A stretch of 64,000 nucleotides of DNA from Octopus bimaculoides (lineage: Eukaryota). Location: contig NC_068993.1 of assembly GCF_001194135.2 (NCBI RefSeq), forward strand, positions 52,903,744-52,967,743, given 5' to 3'. Both the position numbers and the translations under genes were made by a program. Under the pieces are notes generated by a model, which was not told the DNA's origin, did not search any database, and saw only the letters and a list, made by a program, of their open reading frames with translations. Within the stretch, counting starts at the first letter, position 1, and each line of letters begins with the position of its first letter. Shown here in pieces: positions 27,457 through 40,800 of this stretch.

Positions 27457-29619
27457 GGTGTTACTAACAACATGGTGGATTGGCTGTTAAACATTTATTG
27501 GTTGCAGAGAAAAGACAAAGTCATAACACTATTTTCATAGCAAAGAATGGAAATGAAAGAAAGCTGAAGACAATTTATTAATGGATCAAGTTTTAAATCA
27601 AATGACTTTCACAATGATGCTGTGCACGAAAGCATGACTTTTGAAATTCAAGAAAATAACCAAGAAATATAAATTTGAAACTTTATAGAGAGTTTGTTTC
27701 TATAAAAACAAGACATAGAGTCGGGGAGTATCTTTTTTCAGAGCAGATTATGGATATGCAAAACAGAGGTGATTAAATCATAAATCAGTCTGATGTAATG
27801 AATGGAGTTTCAAATTGCAAATTGAGACATAGTTACACAACCTGACACTTGGTAGACGCAAGCTGACTAGAATAACATCATGCTGGTTCAATTATACAAT
27901 TTTCAATATAATCACTCAATGCCAGTTATTATTTAATAAGAAATTAGATAGAACTACTAAACTGAGATCAGTAAATACAGACAGAAATTACATGTAACTT
28001 TGACATACACACACACATCTTATTATTGACTGAAAATTCTTTAAAATCTTTGCTGGTATCAAGCAATATGTGGGGTCAATCTTGAGATTCTGTTTCAATA
28101 ACTAATATCATTGTTATCTAAACAAGGATGAATCAGCAAATCATCATTATTTAACATTTACTTCTCCATGCTTGCATGGGTCTGATAGAATTTGTTGAGG
28201 CAAGTATTCTATGGCCAAATACCCTTTCTGTTGCCAACCCTCATGCACATGACAGTCTTCTTTCAATTTCCAACCCCTAAATCCATTCACAAGACTTTGA
28301 TTAACCCAGGGCTATAGTAGAAAACACTTGCCCATGGTGCCACATAGTGGGACAGAACACGGCTGGGAAACAAGTTTCTCAACCACATAGTATAAACATG
28401 CCAGTATAAAGAGAACATATGACAGAGTGTAAATACTTGGAAAAAGTAGACTTGAACCCACATCTCTGCATTATGTGCACTAAACTATTTGCTTGTGTAA
28501 CAATCATTTTCTTATGTCACTATGGATGGAAAATTATTTTGAGTCAAAATTTTACAATCAGATAACCTTTCTATTGCCAAATCTTATCCATCTGCAAAAT
28601 AAGTGATTTCTCCATTCCATAAGATTTTGAAAGAGCAGTGCAACCAATCATAATGTCAATGGATGAGGAATGTCAGCACCAGCATCACTTAGCTCAAGCA
28701 GTGACAATGTGGAATATAAACATGCTTACATATTTGCACACACACACACATAAGATCTATAGTGGGATTCTTACAGTTTCCTTTTACCAAATTTCCTCAT
28801 GAGGCACATCAGCCCAAGGCTATAGTAAAAGTCACAACCATGTGGTTGTGAAATGAACTTCTTAACCAAACAGCCATGCTTGCATCTACATAATCTAACA
28901 ATAAGCTAACTATCGTACTTAAGTAAATCACAAATAGCTTTTTTTCTTTTTTTATAAAATTCATGCAAATTCAATGAAGTGTTACCACTTGTAGCATTAT
29001 ACAACAAAAACAAATTTTTCAGAAAATGTCACAACACACTAGGATGGTATGCCAGTAACAATACATTTCTCCAAACTCTGATTATTTTTTCTTCTATTTA
29101 AAAAGCGAAATCTTTCTCAAAATATAATAGAATCATTAAACAACCTATGTAAGGTAATACAGTATCTTTCCTCTTTGTTTTCATTTATTGACATCACTTT
29201 ACATAATTTGTAATCTGCATTGCTGAAAGGTTTTTGTTTTTCAAACATTTACATGTTGTCTCATCTTTTGCTTCATAAAGTTCAATCAAAATGCAGATAT
29301 CAGAAACAAAAGACGCACATACTAGGATTCAAAATGCTCTCAAAATTTAATATGTCTTGTCATAAAAATGTTATAATAGGAAGTAAATTTATTGCAGATA
29401 CACAGGTTTAAGTCTTGCTACATTTTCACATTTCTATGGCCTCACATATACTTTATATTTGAATGTTACGCTTAAAATGAACATATGTAATTTATTTTGA
29501 ATATTTGTTTGTCTAATACAGAATTAGAGCCGAAGAGTAACAATGCACACACATACACAGTGGATAACAATTTTAATCATGAATTTTGCATAGCAATAAG
29601 TAAATTGTAAGAAACTTAC

Positions 29620-29713
29620 TATTAAGGATGTCTCCAAATTCCAAAATATCATCATTCCCCATCAAAGTGTCAAGTAACACATTGGAAGATGGTAAGCATG
29701 GCAGGTGTTGCAC
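29620..29713 (-). CDS. POMP: POMP exon 5 (94 nt; VQHLPCLPSSNVLLDTLMGNDDILEFGDILN)
   Basis: Acceptor TTGTTTGTTTGTAG, donor A|GTAAGT. Aligns to human VQRLPFLSSSNLSLDVLRGNDETIGFEDILN. Confidence 0.96.
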
Positions 29714-31589
29714 CTACAAACAAACAAGGAAAAGTCATTCTTAGAAATTGTTTATTTAATTCCTCATATTAGCCTGGACTGTGTAAGTTGTATATGGTGC
29801 TGCAAACTTAGGAAATTTTATCAAACCAAACCAAACTGTCAAATATGCAGAGCAAATGAGGGAGCTACTACATAGTTGCTTAACCTGTTACAAGCAACAG
29901 CTAAACTCCTTCAAATAACACCACTATAGACTTGATCCTTTAGCAGCCAAACAGGCCATATCTGGCTTCTCACACCATCCCTACAATGTCAATCTAAACA
30001 TAAACAATCACATAATCAAAATTACAAACTTATGAGATAATACATGATTAATTTGAAACAATGTGGATAAATAAGCATTATAGTTAATGGATTACTATGA
30101 ATGCTAAAGGGTTAAAAGAAAGGGCTCGTTAGACCAAGTAGTCCTAGAAGCCCCACCAAAAAAAGGAGACAGGCAAGGCTGGATTTCTTTTGAAAGCTAA
30201 ACAATAACATCAACAGCAGCATGAAGATTATGCTGCACACACATTTTCAATACATTCCAACTACTCAAATTTTGTGTAAGTTTAAGTGGATTTAGTTAAT
30301 TCTGACATTGATATATAGGGTAGATGGAAACATAGACCAATGAAGAAAGTTTAATGCAAAACCGGTCTTACGCAAAAAGAATCCTAAAATATTACAGAAT
30401 GTTAGACAAGAGTCAAGGAATTTCTATTAAGGAAAAAATATAGAGAGATATTAGAAAGATGTATCACATGGCTTTAATTGGCTTTGTTCTGTTAGTACTA
30501 TAAAGATAAAATCAACTGAAAAAAAAAATGTTTTACTTCAGAGAGAAGTTGTGGAAGAGGGTGACCCAAGAAAACATGGGACAAAGTATTGAAGGCCAAT
30601 CTCAAAATGCTGACCCTTACTAAGATGACAGAGGGCCAAGATATGTGGTGCATTGCTGTACCCAAGAAGACCCACCCACCACAACAGAATTGATATCTGA
30701 AAACCAATGTGCCATATAAAAAGCCTTGGCATGGGTGCTGATGCCACATAAAGAGCACTCAGCACATTCTGTAAAGTGGTTGGCATTAGGAAGGGCATCC
30801 AGCTGTAGAAACCAAGCCAAAATGGACTATGGAACCTAGTGCAGCCCTTGGCCTTGCTAGTCCCTATCAAGCCATCTGACCCATGCCAGTATGGAAAACA
30901 GACATTAAATGTTGACGACGATGACAATGACAATACTCCCAAAAGTGTGTTTATGTGTAGTGGGAACAGCATAGCACAGTGAATCATATAGGATTTGGAA
31001 TAAGAGATGTTGGAAATACCAACATTAGTCAGCTTAGAGGAGATATGCAGCTTGAAGAATGACTTCACTATTTAGGTAGCTAAAGTGATATCCTGAATCT
31101 GTGGAGCAAAACAAGCTATGACCCATGAAACTAGACTTACTCTGCTCTTTTACCCATGACTAATACATGACTCATAACATCACACTCTTTGCTGTTTTAC
31201 CAAGACAGGCATGGCTGTATGGTTAAGAAATTGGCTTCCCAGTCATGTGGTTTCAGGTTCAGTCTCACTGTGCAGCACCTTGGGCAGTCTTATACTATAG
31301 CCCCAGGCTGACCAAAGTCTTTGCAACTGGATTTTGTAGATGGAAAGAATACATATATTGAGTTCTACACCAGAACATTAGTATCGCAATAACAAAATAT
31401 ATATATATATATGGTGGTAGGAAGGGCATCCAGCTGTAGAAACTTTGCCAGATAAGATTGGAGCCTGATGCAGCCTTCTGGCTTGCCAGCCCTCAATTAA
31501 ACCGTCCAATCCATGCCAGCATGAAAAGCGGATGTTAAACGATGACGATGATGATATATATAAACACACACATGTGTATGCACTCATGT

Positions 31590-31795
31590 TTAACATCATG
31601 TGATGTTTGTAAACAAGTGTCACTGTCATAAAAGCAGCGTTGTTCATTTTCAGTCTTCCATGAAACAGGTGAAGGTTTGGTGACAGGAAGAGCACCTGGC
31701 CTAAGAAAATCTGCTTCAACAAATTCCACCTGACCCATGCAAGTATGGGAAAGAGGACATTAAAACAACGATAATGATGATGATGATGATGATGA
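31590..31795 (+). mobile_element. Repeat family D (SINE/LINE-tail type ending in (GAT)n)
   Basis: Ends GAAAATCTGCxTCAACAAATTCCxxCTGACCCATGCAAGxATGGAAAAG...(GAT)n. Copies at ~26110-26285(-), 28140-28240(-), 35285-35490(-), 53420-53680(+), 55535-55680(-), 59500-59690(-) and 60900-61040(+). Confidence 0.75.
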
Positions 31796-32384
31796 CCCCC
31801 AACATCATATTCTTCACAAGTACTGCTAGACCTCTGAATTTCTAATGTATGGATTATTATCTCTACACAGCCACTGGAGAACAAAAGCTGAGTTTCTTAT
31901 CCAAGGCAAAAATATATTTCCACTATAAACAGCTGTCACCACTATTATCATATATTACCATATGTGAAGGCATAAAAGCTGCATGAGTGTATGAGACACA
32001 TCACAATTTTTTATTAAAGCAAAAAATTTTTTCGTGTAAAAGCTTATAGGAAGGCTCAACTTCACACATAAGACCCAGAATGATCTTTTGAGACATTAAA
32101 AATAAAATGCATCTTATATGCCAAATATTTTTCACTTAGATGAAGTAGAAAAGAAATTAATTATTTTACAAATAAAGTTTTTTTTTTTTAATTTTTTTAA
32201 TTTTTATTAATGATGGTATTAGAGAAAATAACAAAGGCAGAGCCAGATTTAGCAAATTTTCATTTTTATATTCAGAACCCTCATTACAACTAATAAAGAC
32301 TTAGTCTTCAGTCTGTCATAATCTTTAGGATTGGTAAGGCCAGAGCTAAACCTATTTTCCATGGCATATAAATGACTGAAATTA

Positions 32385-32585
32385 CAACACTACCTCTTGG
32401 ATAGGATGATAGTCCATCACAGGGTTAACTTCCTGGCTATTGTCTTGAACTCATTTACAGCTAACTGGACTGGAGCATCATGAAATGAAGTGTTTTGCTC
32501 AAGAACACAACCGAGTCTGGGATTTGAAACCATGATCTTACTATCATGAATGCAATACTCTAACCACTAGGTCACATGCCTTCAC
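32385..32585 (-). mobile_element. tRNA-headed SINE family C
   Basis: Minus strand GGCATGTGACCTAGTGGTTAGAG...GGTTTCAAATCCC...GTTGTGTTCTTGAGCAAAACACTTCATTTCA. Related copies at ~12905-13060(+) and 56290-56462(-). Confidence 0.7.
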
Positions 32586-33149
32586 TAACTGATAAAGAGA
32601 GGAAGGAAATAAGCAGAGAAGTGATTTTGCCAAAGAGATCCCCTAACTTCAAACACCAGTTGCAATATTTATCCATACCCACCCTAGGAACAGCATGTAT
32701 TATTAAACTATTTCATAACTACATGCCATCTAACAGTCACAGGGGAAATTATGTAGTTAAATTAACATTCCAGACATATTTGGAAGAAGAGAGGTAGAAA
32801 CATAATTCAGAGTAAATTATAATACTTTTTCATTTGCTTTTTTTTTTGCTTTTTTCCATCCAATTTTTCCATGCTAGCATAGGTTAAATGAATAAAGTAT
32901 CGTAGCATAGTTTTACTGCCAGACACCCTTCCTAGCCCTCACTTATTTTTTTAAGTAAGAGAAGCTCTTACTTCAAAGGTGCAAAACTGATGGACAATTT
33001 GTCGATGGGGAAAAATGATAACAATATACCACTTGTAGCTGGGCAATTATCAGAGAGGTGAAAATGTAAACAAACATACAGACACACACATATTTGGGAT
33101 TAGGAAAGGCAATCCAGCAGTAGAACCCATGCCAAAGCAGATACTAGAG

Positions 33150-33456
33150 CAGGGCTGGCCAACTTGAGGCCCACAGGCCGCAGGCTTTTATCTTGCGGCC
33201 CACTTAATACTTTCTTGAAATGGGTTTATTTAAACAAACATTTTAAAATTTTATCAAAAATAAAGATTGTAACGAAAAGTAAAATATTGTTTTTGCAACA
33301 ATAATATTTCATGTTGAATAAACAATCATTCATTTATTATTGTAATAATAGCATGAGAAAGCAAAATGCTTTCAATTCTGTCAGTATACAAGCAGCCCTC
33401 AAAATACTTTCTGTAATTAAAGTGGCCCACAATGTAATTCGAGTTAGCCAGGCCTG
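33150..33456. mobile_element. hAT (Charlie/MER5-like) MITE in POMP intron 4
   Basis: TIRs CAGGGCTGGCCAACT / AGTTAGCCAGGCCTG (13/15 match) with subterminal GGCCC motifs. The left flank TACTAGAG resembles a Charlie target, but no matching right TSD was found. Confidence 0.7.
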
Positions 33457-33644
33457 GTTCAGGGCTCTAGCAGAACATACTTGCCCAAAGAGCCATGCAG
33501 TGGGATTGAACTTGAAACCTTGTGGTTTAGAAGCGATCTTAAGTACACAGCCAAACCATTATGTACTAAATGACCTAAACAAACCTTAACTCTCTCCTTC
33601 ACTTCCCTCCAAATAGAAAAGACAATAATGAAAGCAATAGTCAC

Positions 33645-33746
33645 CTTAGCAACAGCTAATCTCTCCATTTTCAGTCTGAGAGGAGCATGAATCCCTTGAA
33701 TTTTTCGAAGATTTGCAAAGTCCATTGCTTCATTCTTTCCTGCATA
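33645..33746 (-). CDS. POMP: POMP exon 4 (102 nt; YAGKNEAMDFANLRKIQGIHAPLRLKMERLAVAK)
   Basis: Acceptor TCTCTTTTCAAG, donor AAG|GTGACT. Aligns to human MNFSTLRNIQGLFAPLKLQMEFKAVQQ. Confidence 0.96.
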
Positions 33747-34077
33747 CTTGAAAAGAGAAATTTTAATAAAATAATCAATTATGTAAATAAATAAACAAAA
33801 ATTTTTAAAAAAATAAAATAAAACATACAATAAAATTAAACAAAAAAGCAATTTCTGGTTTGGGTATTTAACAGATATTAAAGTGAGAATGTGCCATAAA
33901 TTCATGATGAGAGATATCCATTATATAAAAGCAGAACAAGGAAGTTTAGTATTTTATCTTATGGTCAGTTTCTCTCTAATTCTCTATCTATAAGTAGCAC
34001 TTAACATTTATCATTTTTTTAATATCATTATCATCACTGGCTTATATATCTTACAGCTAAGAAGAAATAAATCTTAC

Positions 34078-34138
34078 ATGTTTCTCAGACAACTCCAGAG
34101 GATGAGATGCAACCAGCTTACTTTGTGCCTGCTGCAAA
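34078..34138 (-). CDS. POMP: POMP exon 3 (61 nt; LQQAQSKLVASHPLELSEKH)
   Basis: Acceptor TTCCAATTTCAG, donor CAT|GTAAGA. Contains the hallmark UMP1/POMP SHPLELSE motif. Confidence 0.96.
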
Positions 34139-35191
34139 CTGAAATTGGAAACAAGAAGTATAGTGAGTGATATTAAGAGATATTTATTAGAACAACTAAT
34201 CAAGCAGACATCAGAGTATGTAATTAAATATGTCTTCAATATGTAACATTGGTTTCAGATACTAATAATAGTAATGAAATACTTTTTAGGTAAAGGAATG
34301 ATTGTGTGGTGAAGAAGCTTGCTTTGCAACCATGTTGTTCCAGGTTCAGTCCCCGTGTGTGGCACTTTGGGCAAGAGTCTTCTACTACAGCACTGGACCA
34401 ACCAATGACTTGTGAGTGAATTTCATAGATGGAAATTGTATGGAAGTCTATTGTGTGTGTGTGTGTGTGTGTGCGTGTGTGTGTGTGTGTGTGTGTATGT
34501 GCATGCATGTGTGTGCATGCAAACATTTCTGTATTTGTCTCTCAATTCTTGACAACCAGTATTGGTTTGTTTGCATCCCTGTTACTTGACAGTTTGGTTG
34601 ATAAAAAAAGACAGAATAAGTATGTTACCATCGCTACCACTGCCGCGACCACCACCACCACTCTCATCATCATCATTTGAATAAGTAGCAGACTTAAAAA
34701 GTGAACACTCGTTGAGGAGGAGCTGACCTGTAACTAAACTCTTTTAAGACAGTGCCTTAGTATGGCCACAGTCCAGTTAATGAAACTGGTAAAAGAATAA
34801 AAGAGCAGCTACATAAACTAATGTACTGTTCATGGATGAAAGCACCCACTACATCCACTCAATCAAGACTGTAACTCACCTCAGAACTAAGTTCCCAATC
34901 ATGAACAGTTTATATTGTACTCTCTATAACTGTTTTTTTACTACCGAGTACAATGACCTCTATACCTCCAAATATGACTTCATGCCAATTAAACCAACCC
35001 TGTGCTCCAAATTTTCCTTCTTTCATTACAGTCCCACAACACTTGTTGAAACTCCAACTGCTAATATTACAAATTCCACATTAACTAACTCCACTTAATT
35101 ATCTCTACTCATACATGGAAAACAATTATGAACTCCACCCTTATTACTCAAGATTAAAAACAATATTTAATCAAGGAAAAATAAATGCTTA

Positions 35192-35226
<35 letters not shown>

Positions 35227-35579
35227 CACCAATCTTTCCCCTTTTTCCTGGTTGGCCATACATGTTGTGTGTATGTGTGTGTATCATCATCATTTAACAT
35301 CCACTCTTCCATGTTTGCATGGGTCAGACAGAATTTGTCGAAGTACATTTTCTACAGCTGCATGTCCTTTCTCTCACAAACCTTTGCTTGTTTCCAAGAT
35401 CACAATTAATTCCCCATGGCCAGACATGATTTTCTGGGAAGATTGAAAATGAACAACGTCACTTATATATTGATGACACTTGTTTACACACACACACACA
35501 CACACATATACACATTATTAATAATTGGCAGAAGTTACAGAGTAACTCAAGGCCCATGAGTTTTGGGCATTGACACTTT

Positions 35580-35682
35580 TATTATTATTATTATTAGTGT
35601 TCAGGTCACTGCTTGGAATCGAACTCGGAATCTTGGGGTTAGTAGCCCGCGCTCTTAACCACTAAGCCATATGCCCGTGGGC
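35580..35682 (-). mobile_element. Short tRNA-derived retroposon or tRNA pseudogene with (AAT)n tail
   Basis: GGCATATGGCTTAGTGGTTAAGAGCG (A box), GAGTTCGATTCC (B box), then (AAT)n. No clean acceptor stem, so not called a functional tRNA. Confidence 0.75.
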
Positions 35683-36295
35683 ATATATATATAGACATGT
35701 TTTGAGTTCTATTTTCCTGTTTGCATCACCTCACCACACACACACATACATTTTATATACACAACAGACTTCTTTCAGCTTCTGTCTACCAAATCCACTT
35801 ACAAGGCATTGGTTAGCTCAGGTCCAAGGCTATAGTAGATGACATTCATCCAAGGTGTCACACAATGGAACTGAACCCAAAACGACATGGTCGGGAAGCA
35901 AGCTTCTTAATTGCACTTATGGAAAAGCTATTTTGTGGACCTATGTCAATGACCAGGTCGCAGTCTGTGACAAAAATTTTGCAACCTTAAGATATATAAA
36001 CTCAAAGTGAATTTATGAGTTTTTGAGAGTTCTTCAAATGACTAAAATGGTCCTTCCACTACATATTTCTTTCAGTTTCAACTCTGTTTCATATCAAGTC
36101 ATTTACTAGAGATGCCTAACTCCACAACTTTACATAATATCAAAAGACAAGCTGAAGAAATAAAATATTTGTAAATTAGAATACTTGTACTACAAAAAGA
36201 AACATAGGTTACTTGTTAATTATTATAGTGGAAATACTGTTTAAGAGAAATGGTACAGAAATTCAGAATGTAACAATAGTTCTCAGTGTACTTAC

Positions 36296-36399
36296 CCAGT
36301 GATCATAACATCATGGAATCCATATTCTCCACTGGTCGGCAGAGTTATATCTTGCTGTTTCGCAAAACATGTATTTTTCTTATCTAATGATGCAAAATT
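36296..36399 (-). CDS. POMP: POMP exon 2 (104 nt; NFASLDKKNTCFAKQQDITLPTSGEYGFHDVMIT-G)
   Basis: Acceptor TTTCCCCACAG, donor GG|GTAAGT, open frame. The phase-2 end matches exon 3. HDxxxxG matches the POMP N-terminal motif (human HDLLRKG). Confidence 0.92.
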
Positions 36400-37235
36400 C
36401 TGTGGGGAAATAAAAATAATAGTGCCAGTGAGTGGTAATAAGAGTACAGAGAGATAGGTTATGGTTAGAAAGTATGATGGATAAAGGTTTGAAAATGATG
36501 AGCTTCACAAATAACACAGGATCACGACAAACCATTCACTTTAAAAACTAGACATGGTGGTAGTGGAAACGATAACAACGATGGCGATGATGATGATGAT
36601 GAAGAATACTGTTTCTTTTTAGGGAAAGCACTAAGGTAAAAAGATCACAAAGAAAACAACACACAGGAGTCTCATATGAGGGAATCTGAAAACTAATCAT
36701 TACCTTTGAAAACTAATCACGAACTCATTAATATACTCATAGTGAAACTAAATGGAATTTTCAACTGAGCCTCATATTGAAATGTAGTGTTGTTTTTGTT
36801 GTTGCAGTTTAATCTCGAATCAACTCTGATGAAATGCATTACCAGCTGGGACCACTCAATCTTTTTTGGACACCAGGGACTACTTTGTTTAATGTACCCT
36901 TTGTTATTTAAGACAAAACATTAGGTTTTGAAAGAAATTCAGCTGTTATTTCTAGCAGATTGAGTGACTGCATAGATGCTCCCTTGCTGATTCAGAAATG
37001 AAATGTCTTACATAGAATAGCATGAAGCCTTTGAGTGAGATACACGAATACATTAAGGATATCAAATACATGACTTGTCATATCACTGTTGAAATAAATA
37101 AAAAATGATCTAGGCTATTACTAGTAACAAAAATAATTTCAACAATCTTCTTCTAATTATTAGTAATTATACATTAAAAGTTCAACTATGGAATTATTAA
37201 AAATCAGCATACAACTTTTAAGGAAGTATGAACAT

Positions 37236-37466
37236 TTAACCCTTTTGATGCCAACCTTACTGAGACTACTCCCAATTCTATAATACTCACATGTTGTTTT
37301 AAAGTAATCTAAATTAAAACCATCTGTCAAAATTTCATGTAAATTTAAATTCCAAACACCAGCTTAACAATGACAAAAATATTTTACTAAACTCTTCATT
37401 AGTTTCTAGATTTTCTAGAAACAAAGGTGGCTTATTTCAACAGAAATATGGTAACAGCAGGGTTAA
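37236..37466. mobile_element. piggyBac-type MITE family F
   Basis: TTAACCCTTTTGATGCCA ... TGGTAACAGCAGGGTTAA. Internal AAAGTxATCTAAATTAAAAC...CCAAACACCAGCTTAA. Copies at 39903-40102 and 57877-58062; partial at ~13280-13380, 14210-14305, 22660-22830 and 58687-58771. Confidence 0.85.
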
Positions 37467-38279
37467 AGGTCAATGGATAATTCCTAATTTTAACACAAAA
37501 TCAGCAATTTTGAGGGGAGAGGAAATCAATTAAATTAACTCATACTTTATTTTAATCAACTCTTGAAGGGTGAAAGGCAATGGTGATCATAGCTGGATTT
37601 GAATGCAGAATGCTAAGAGCTAGAACAAACATTACAAGATATTTTGTCTGATAGAATGCTGCCAACCTATTGCATTGATTTAAAGGCTATTTCTAGCAGA
37701 GGACTGAAATCTGGAGGATACAACTAACCAAATTTTTGGCTTAGAAGATAAATTACCATAGGGATAACAGTGTAATATGTTTTGGCTTCTTTTTAAAAAA
37801 AGAGATTGCAACCTCGATGTTGGACCAAACTTAATTTTGTCAACTCCAACTGGATGAAAAGCAAACTTGACTATGACAAGATTTGAACCCATAATGTAAA
37901 GAACCATAACTAAATACCACAATGCTTCAACAATTCTGTCAATCCACAGTTTTAATTTAATGACTAATCTAACAAACCTCAAACTTCTAAACCAGTCACT
38001 TTTGATATCTAACTTCACCTAGTAACAAAAATTTCTAAAAGCTAGGTAGAAGACTAAACTACTTAAAAAGAGAAGGGAGAAGGGATATAGTCAATATAAA
38101 GAAGCTGTATTATCTGATTACTATTGCATTAATTAGAATGTTTAAAGAATGGAAATTGTCATCCAACTACATTAACTTACAATAATTCAAACATCACATC
38201 AACCACACTAATTACATCAATCTTGTCAAACAATCTCACCCACCATGACTACACTGATATAAATATATTTTTACATCAA

Positions 38280-38670
38280 GCATTAATGTGATGAAGTGTC
38301 CCAACTAAGTTAAAAACAAGGTTAGCACAAGTGCTCATTTGGTCAATAGACATTTATGGTTGTGAAGCATGGACTCTGAACAAACTTGAAGAGAAGATAA
38401 TCAATGCATTTGAAATGTGGAGGTATAGGAGAATGTTGTGCATCTCTTACAGGCATCATTGGACAAATGAATGAGTGTTACAACAAGTAGGTGAAAGATG
38501 ATAACTCCTGAATATTGTAAGACAAAAGCTCTTTTTATCATGGGCAGTAGATGAAGAAGCAGGCAAAGAACACAATGAATGGACAAGAATGGTAAGGCAG
38601 CTGGAAAACTTTCGTTGTAGTATCATCAATGTGCTGCAGGCAAACAATACATGATGATGATGATGACAAT
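38280..38670 (+). mobile_element. RTE-type LINE 3' fragment
   Basis: Reads LKTRLAQVLIWSIDIYGCEAWTL...AFEMWRYRRML, with a (GAT)n tail at ~38652-38668. Confidence 0.8.
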
Positions 38671-40102
38671 TAATATGACATAGAGATAAAATATTGAATT
38701 TCCTGTATTCCCAAAAGAACGAGGAAGCTTATTTGATTTACTGAAGACAGGACGTGAAAGGAGTAATGTTTATATCTTTCAAGATTTAAATAGTACTATA
38801 AATAAGTAGTATACATGACCATCTGATGTGAAATAAGTAGCACAGTGAGTGCACCATTAATTGTTGGACTATTGGGCTGTAGAGGCACCACTGAAATGTG
38901 TATCTAGGAGAGGTCAACTTGATGAAAACTGGACTTTTTGCAAGTTATAAAATTTTTTTTTTTAAACTTGCACTCCATACTACAAGTTAATGAAAAACTT
39001 CTTTCAATTAAGTAGTGCTCATATTGCTTAGAACAGCAAAATGTACCTTCCAACATAACCTATTCAGAGCCAGGTACACTAAGCTAGCAAGGCCAAGAGT
39101 CAGGTCCTTCCAGCTGGCACACTGACACTGTTGTTGTAATCAGAGCAACATAAAGGCTTAAACAAAGCTGTTTTCTATCAGTAAGTAGCTCACTGCTTTG
39201 TTTATCTGGTCAGTCTTAGCACTTCTATAAATAGTGCAGAACAAGATATGTATGGAAGAGTTGAATTGCTTGCTTGTGTGGTTGTTTATATAGACACATT
39301 TGGATACGTGAGCTGCATAACAATTCATTAAAAATCTAGTCACACATTTACATGCACATCCAATGATAACACTAATACAGTGTGTAAAGATGGCAATAGT
39401 GCCTACTGTGTTAGAATAAATTTAACCTCTCAGATAAGTCAGATTTAAAAGGTGAAAGAATAGGAAGAGGTGTGTGTGTGTGTGTGCATGCATTAGGTAA
39501 CCATAAAGAAGCAAGGAACAACATCAAGTAACTGGAAGAGAAGCTAGCAGTTAGATATATTTAGCAAGGGGACATGCATAAAGTAAGAAGTTTGCACATT
39601 CTCTGCAATGTGAGGATCAGAAGAAAAGTGTTCTGGATATCAATATAAATCAGGAAGTTGGTGGCAAAAAAAACCACACACATATTGGAAGTGGTGCACA
39701 TACCCTTACAAATAGCAAAATGAAACAGGAATGGAATTAGGATGCATGGGATTGCTACAATAAGAGGTTACTAATGAGGAAAATTCATGGGAGAGAGTAG
39801 GTGGACCAGTTGATCAAACTGAATGCTCATTGTCAAAACTGACCAAAAAAACAGGATTCACTTAAAGTATTAAAATAAACAGCTATATGGTTGAAATGGT
39901 CATTAACCTTTTTCATATTAAACTCCCTGAAACTGCATCTGATCCCGTGATACAAACTTCTTAAAGTAACCTAAAAAAATTAAAACCTTCCTCTAAACAC
40001 TAAATAATGACAAAGTTATTTTACTAATTTCTTCATTATTTATGAAATTAATTAAAGCAAAAGCAGTATATTTCTACAGAAATATGGTGACAAAAAGGTT
40101 AA

Positions 40103-40800
40103 GGATTTGAAAGCAGGGACAACAGCTGGACCATCAGGAATAGTTGCCTAGATGTTGAAAATATTCAGCCAACTAAGATCTGCAATAGTTACTCTCATTG
40201 TCAATCATGTAGTACAGGAAGGAGTCATTCCCAATGACTAGTATAGCAATATCATCATCAACTGCTACAAGGATAGAGGAAATGCTCAAGATATTTAACT
40301 GATGAATCAGGTTATGAAAGTAACAGAAAGAGTAGTTACAGCACAATTAATTAGGAAGAAAACCATCTTAGAAGAGAAGCAGTTCAGACTGGCACTAAAG
40401 CAGGTGTACCCATGCAATTCTTGGAAGGCTCCTTAGATGTAGTTCATAGCTTCTGTTACCTATGTTCTAGGAGCATAGTAACTAGAGTAAGATCAAGGTA
40501 GAAACATTTCAGAGTGCTAGTTCTTCTGTTGATTACAAAGAGATTCTTTCTCTGAATTAAGTGTAGATTATATGAAGTGTGTGTACGAACTGTAGGTGAT
40601 GTGCAAAGGCTGGAAAGAAATGAGGCAAGCATGTTCCACTGAATGTGTAACGTTAGTGTGCAAGAATGACAAAGTACAAATAAGCTGAGAGAAAAACAGA
40701 AACAAGAGAATTCAGTTATAGTAAGAAAGGTGATTGCGTTAGTATGGACATGTGATGCATGTGGCAGACAAGTTGGGTGAAGAAGTGATCTACATAGATC
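40103..40800 (+). mobile_element. Decayed, internally deleted RTE LINE (same family as 26381-27456)
   Basis: Degenerate RT N-terminal motifs (AGPSGIVA; GVIPND..SIIINCYK; QVMKVTERV) are joined to C-terminal motifs (ERNEASM; YGHVM). Many stops. A MITE abuts it at ~40807. Confidence 0.75.

Noticed and set aside
35595-35675. Functional tRNA gene
   Set aside because: Poor anticodon and acceptor stems plus an (AAT)n tail indicate a retroposon.
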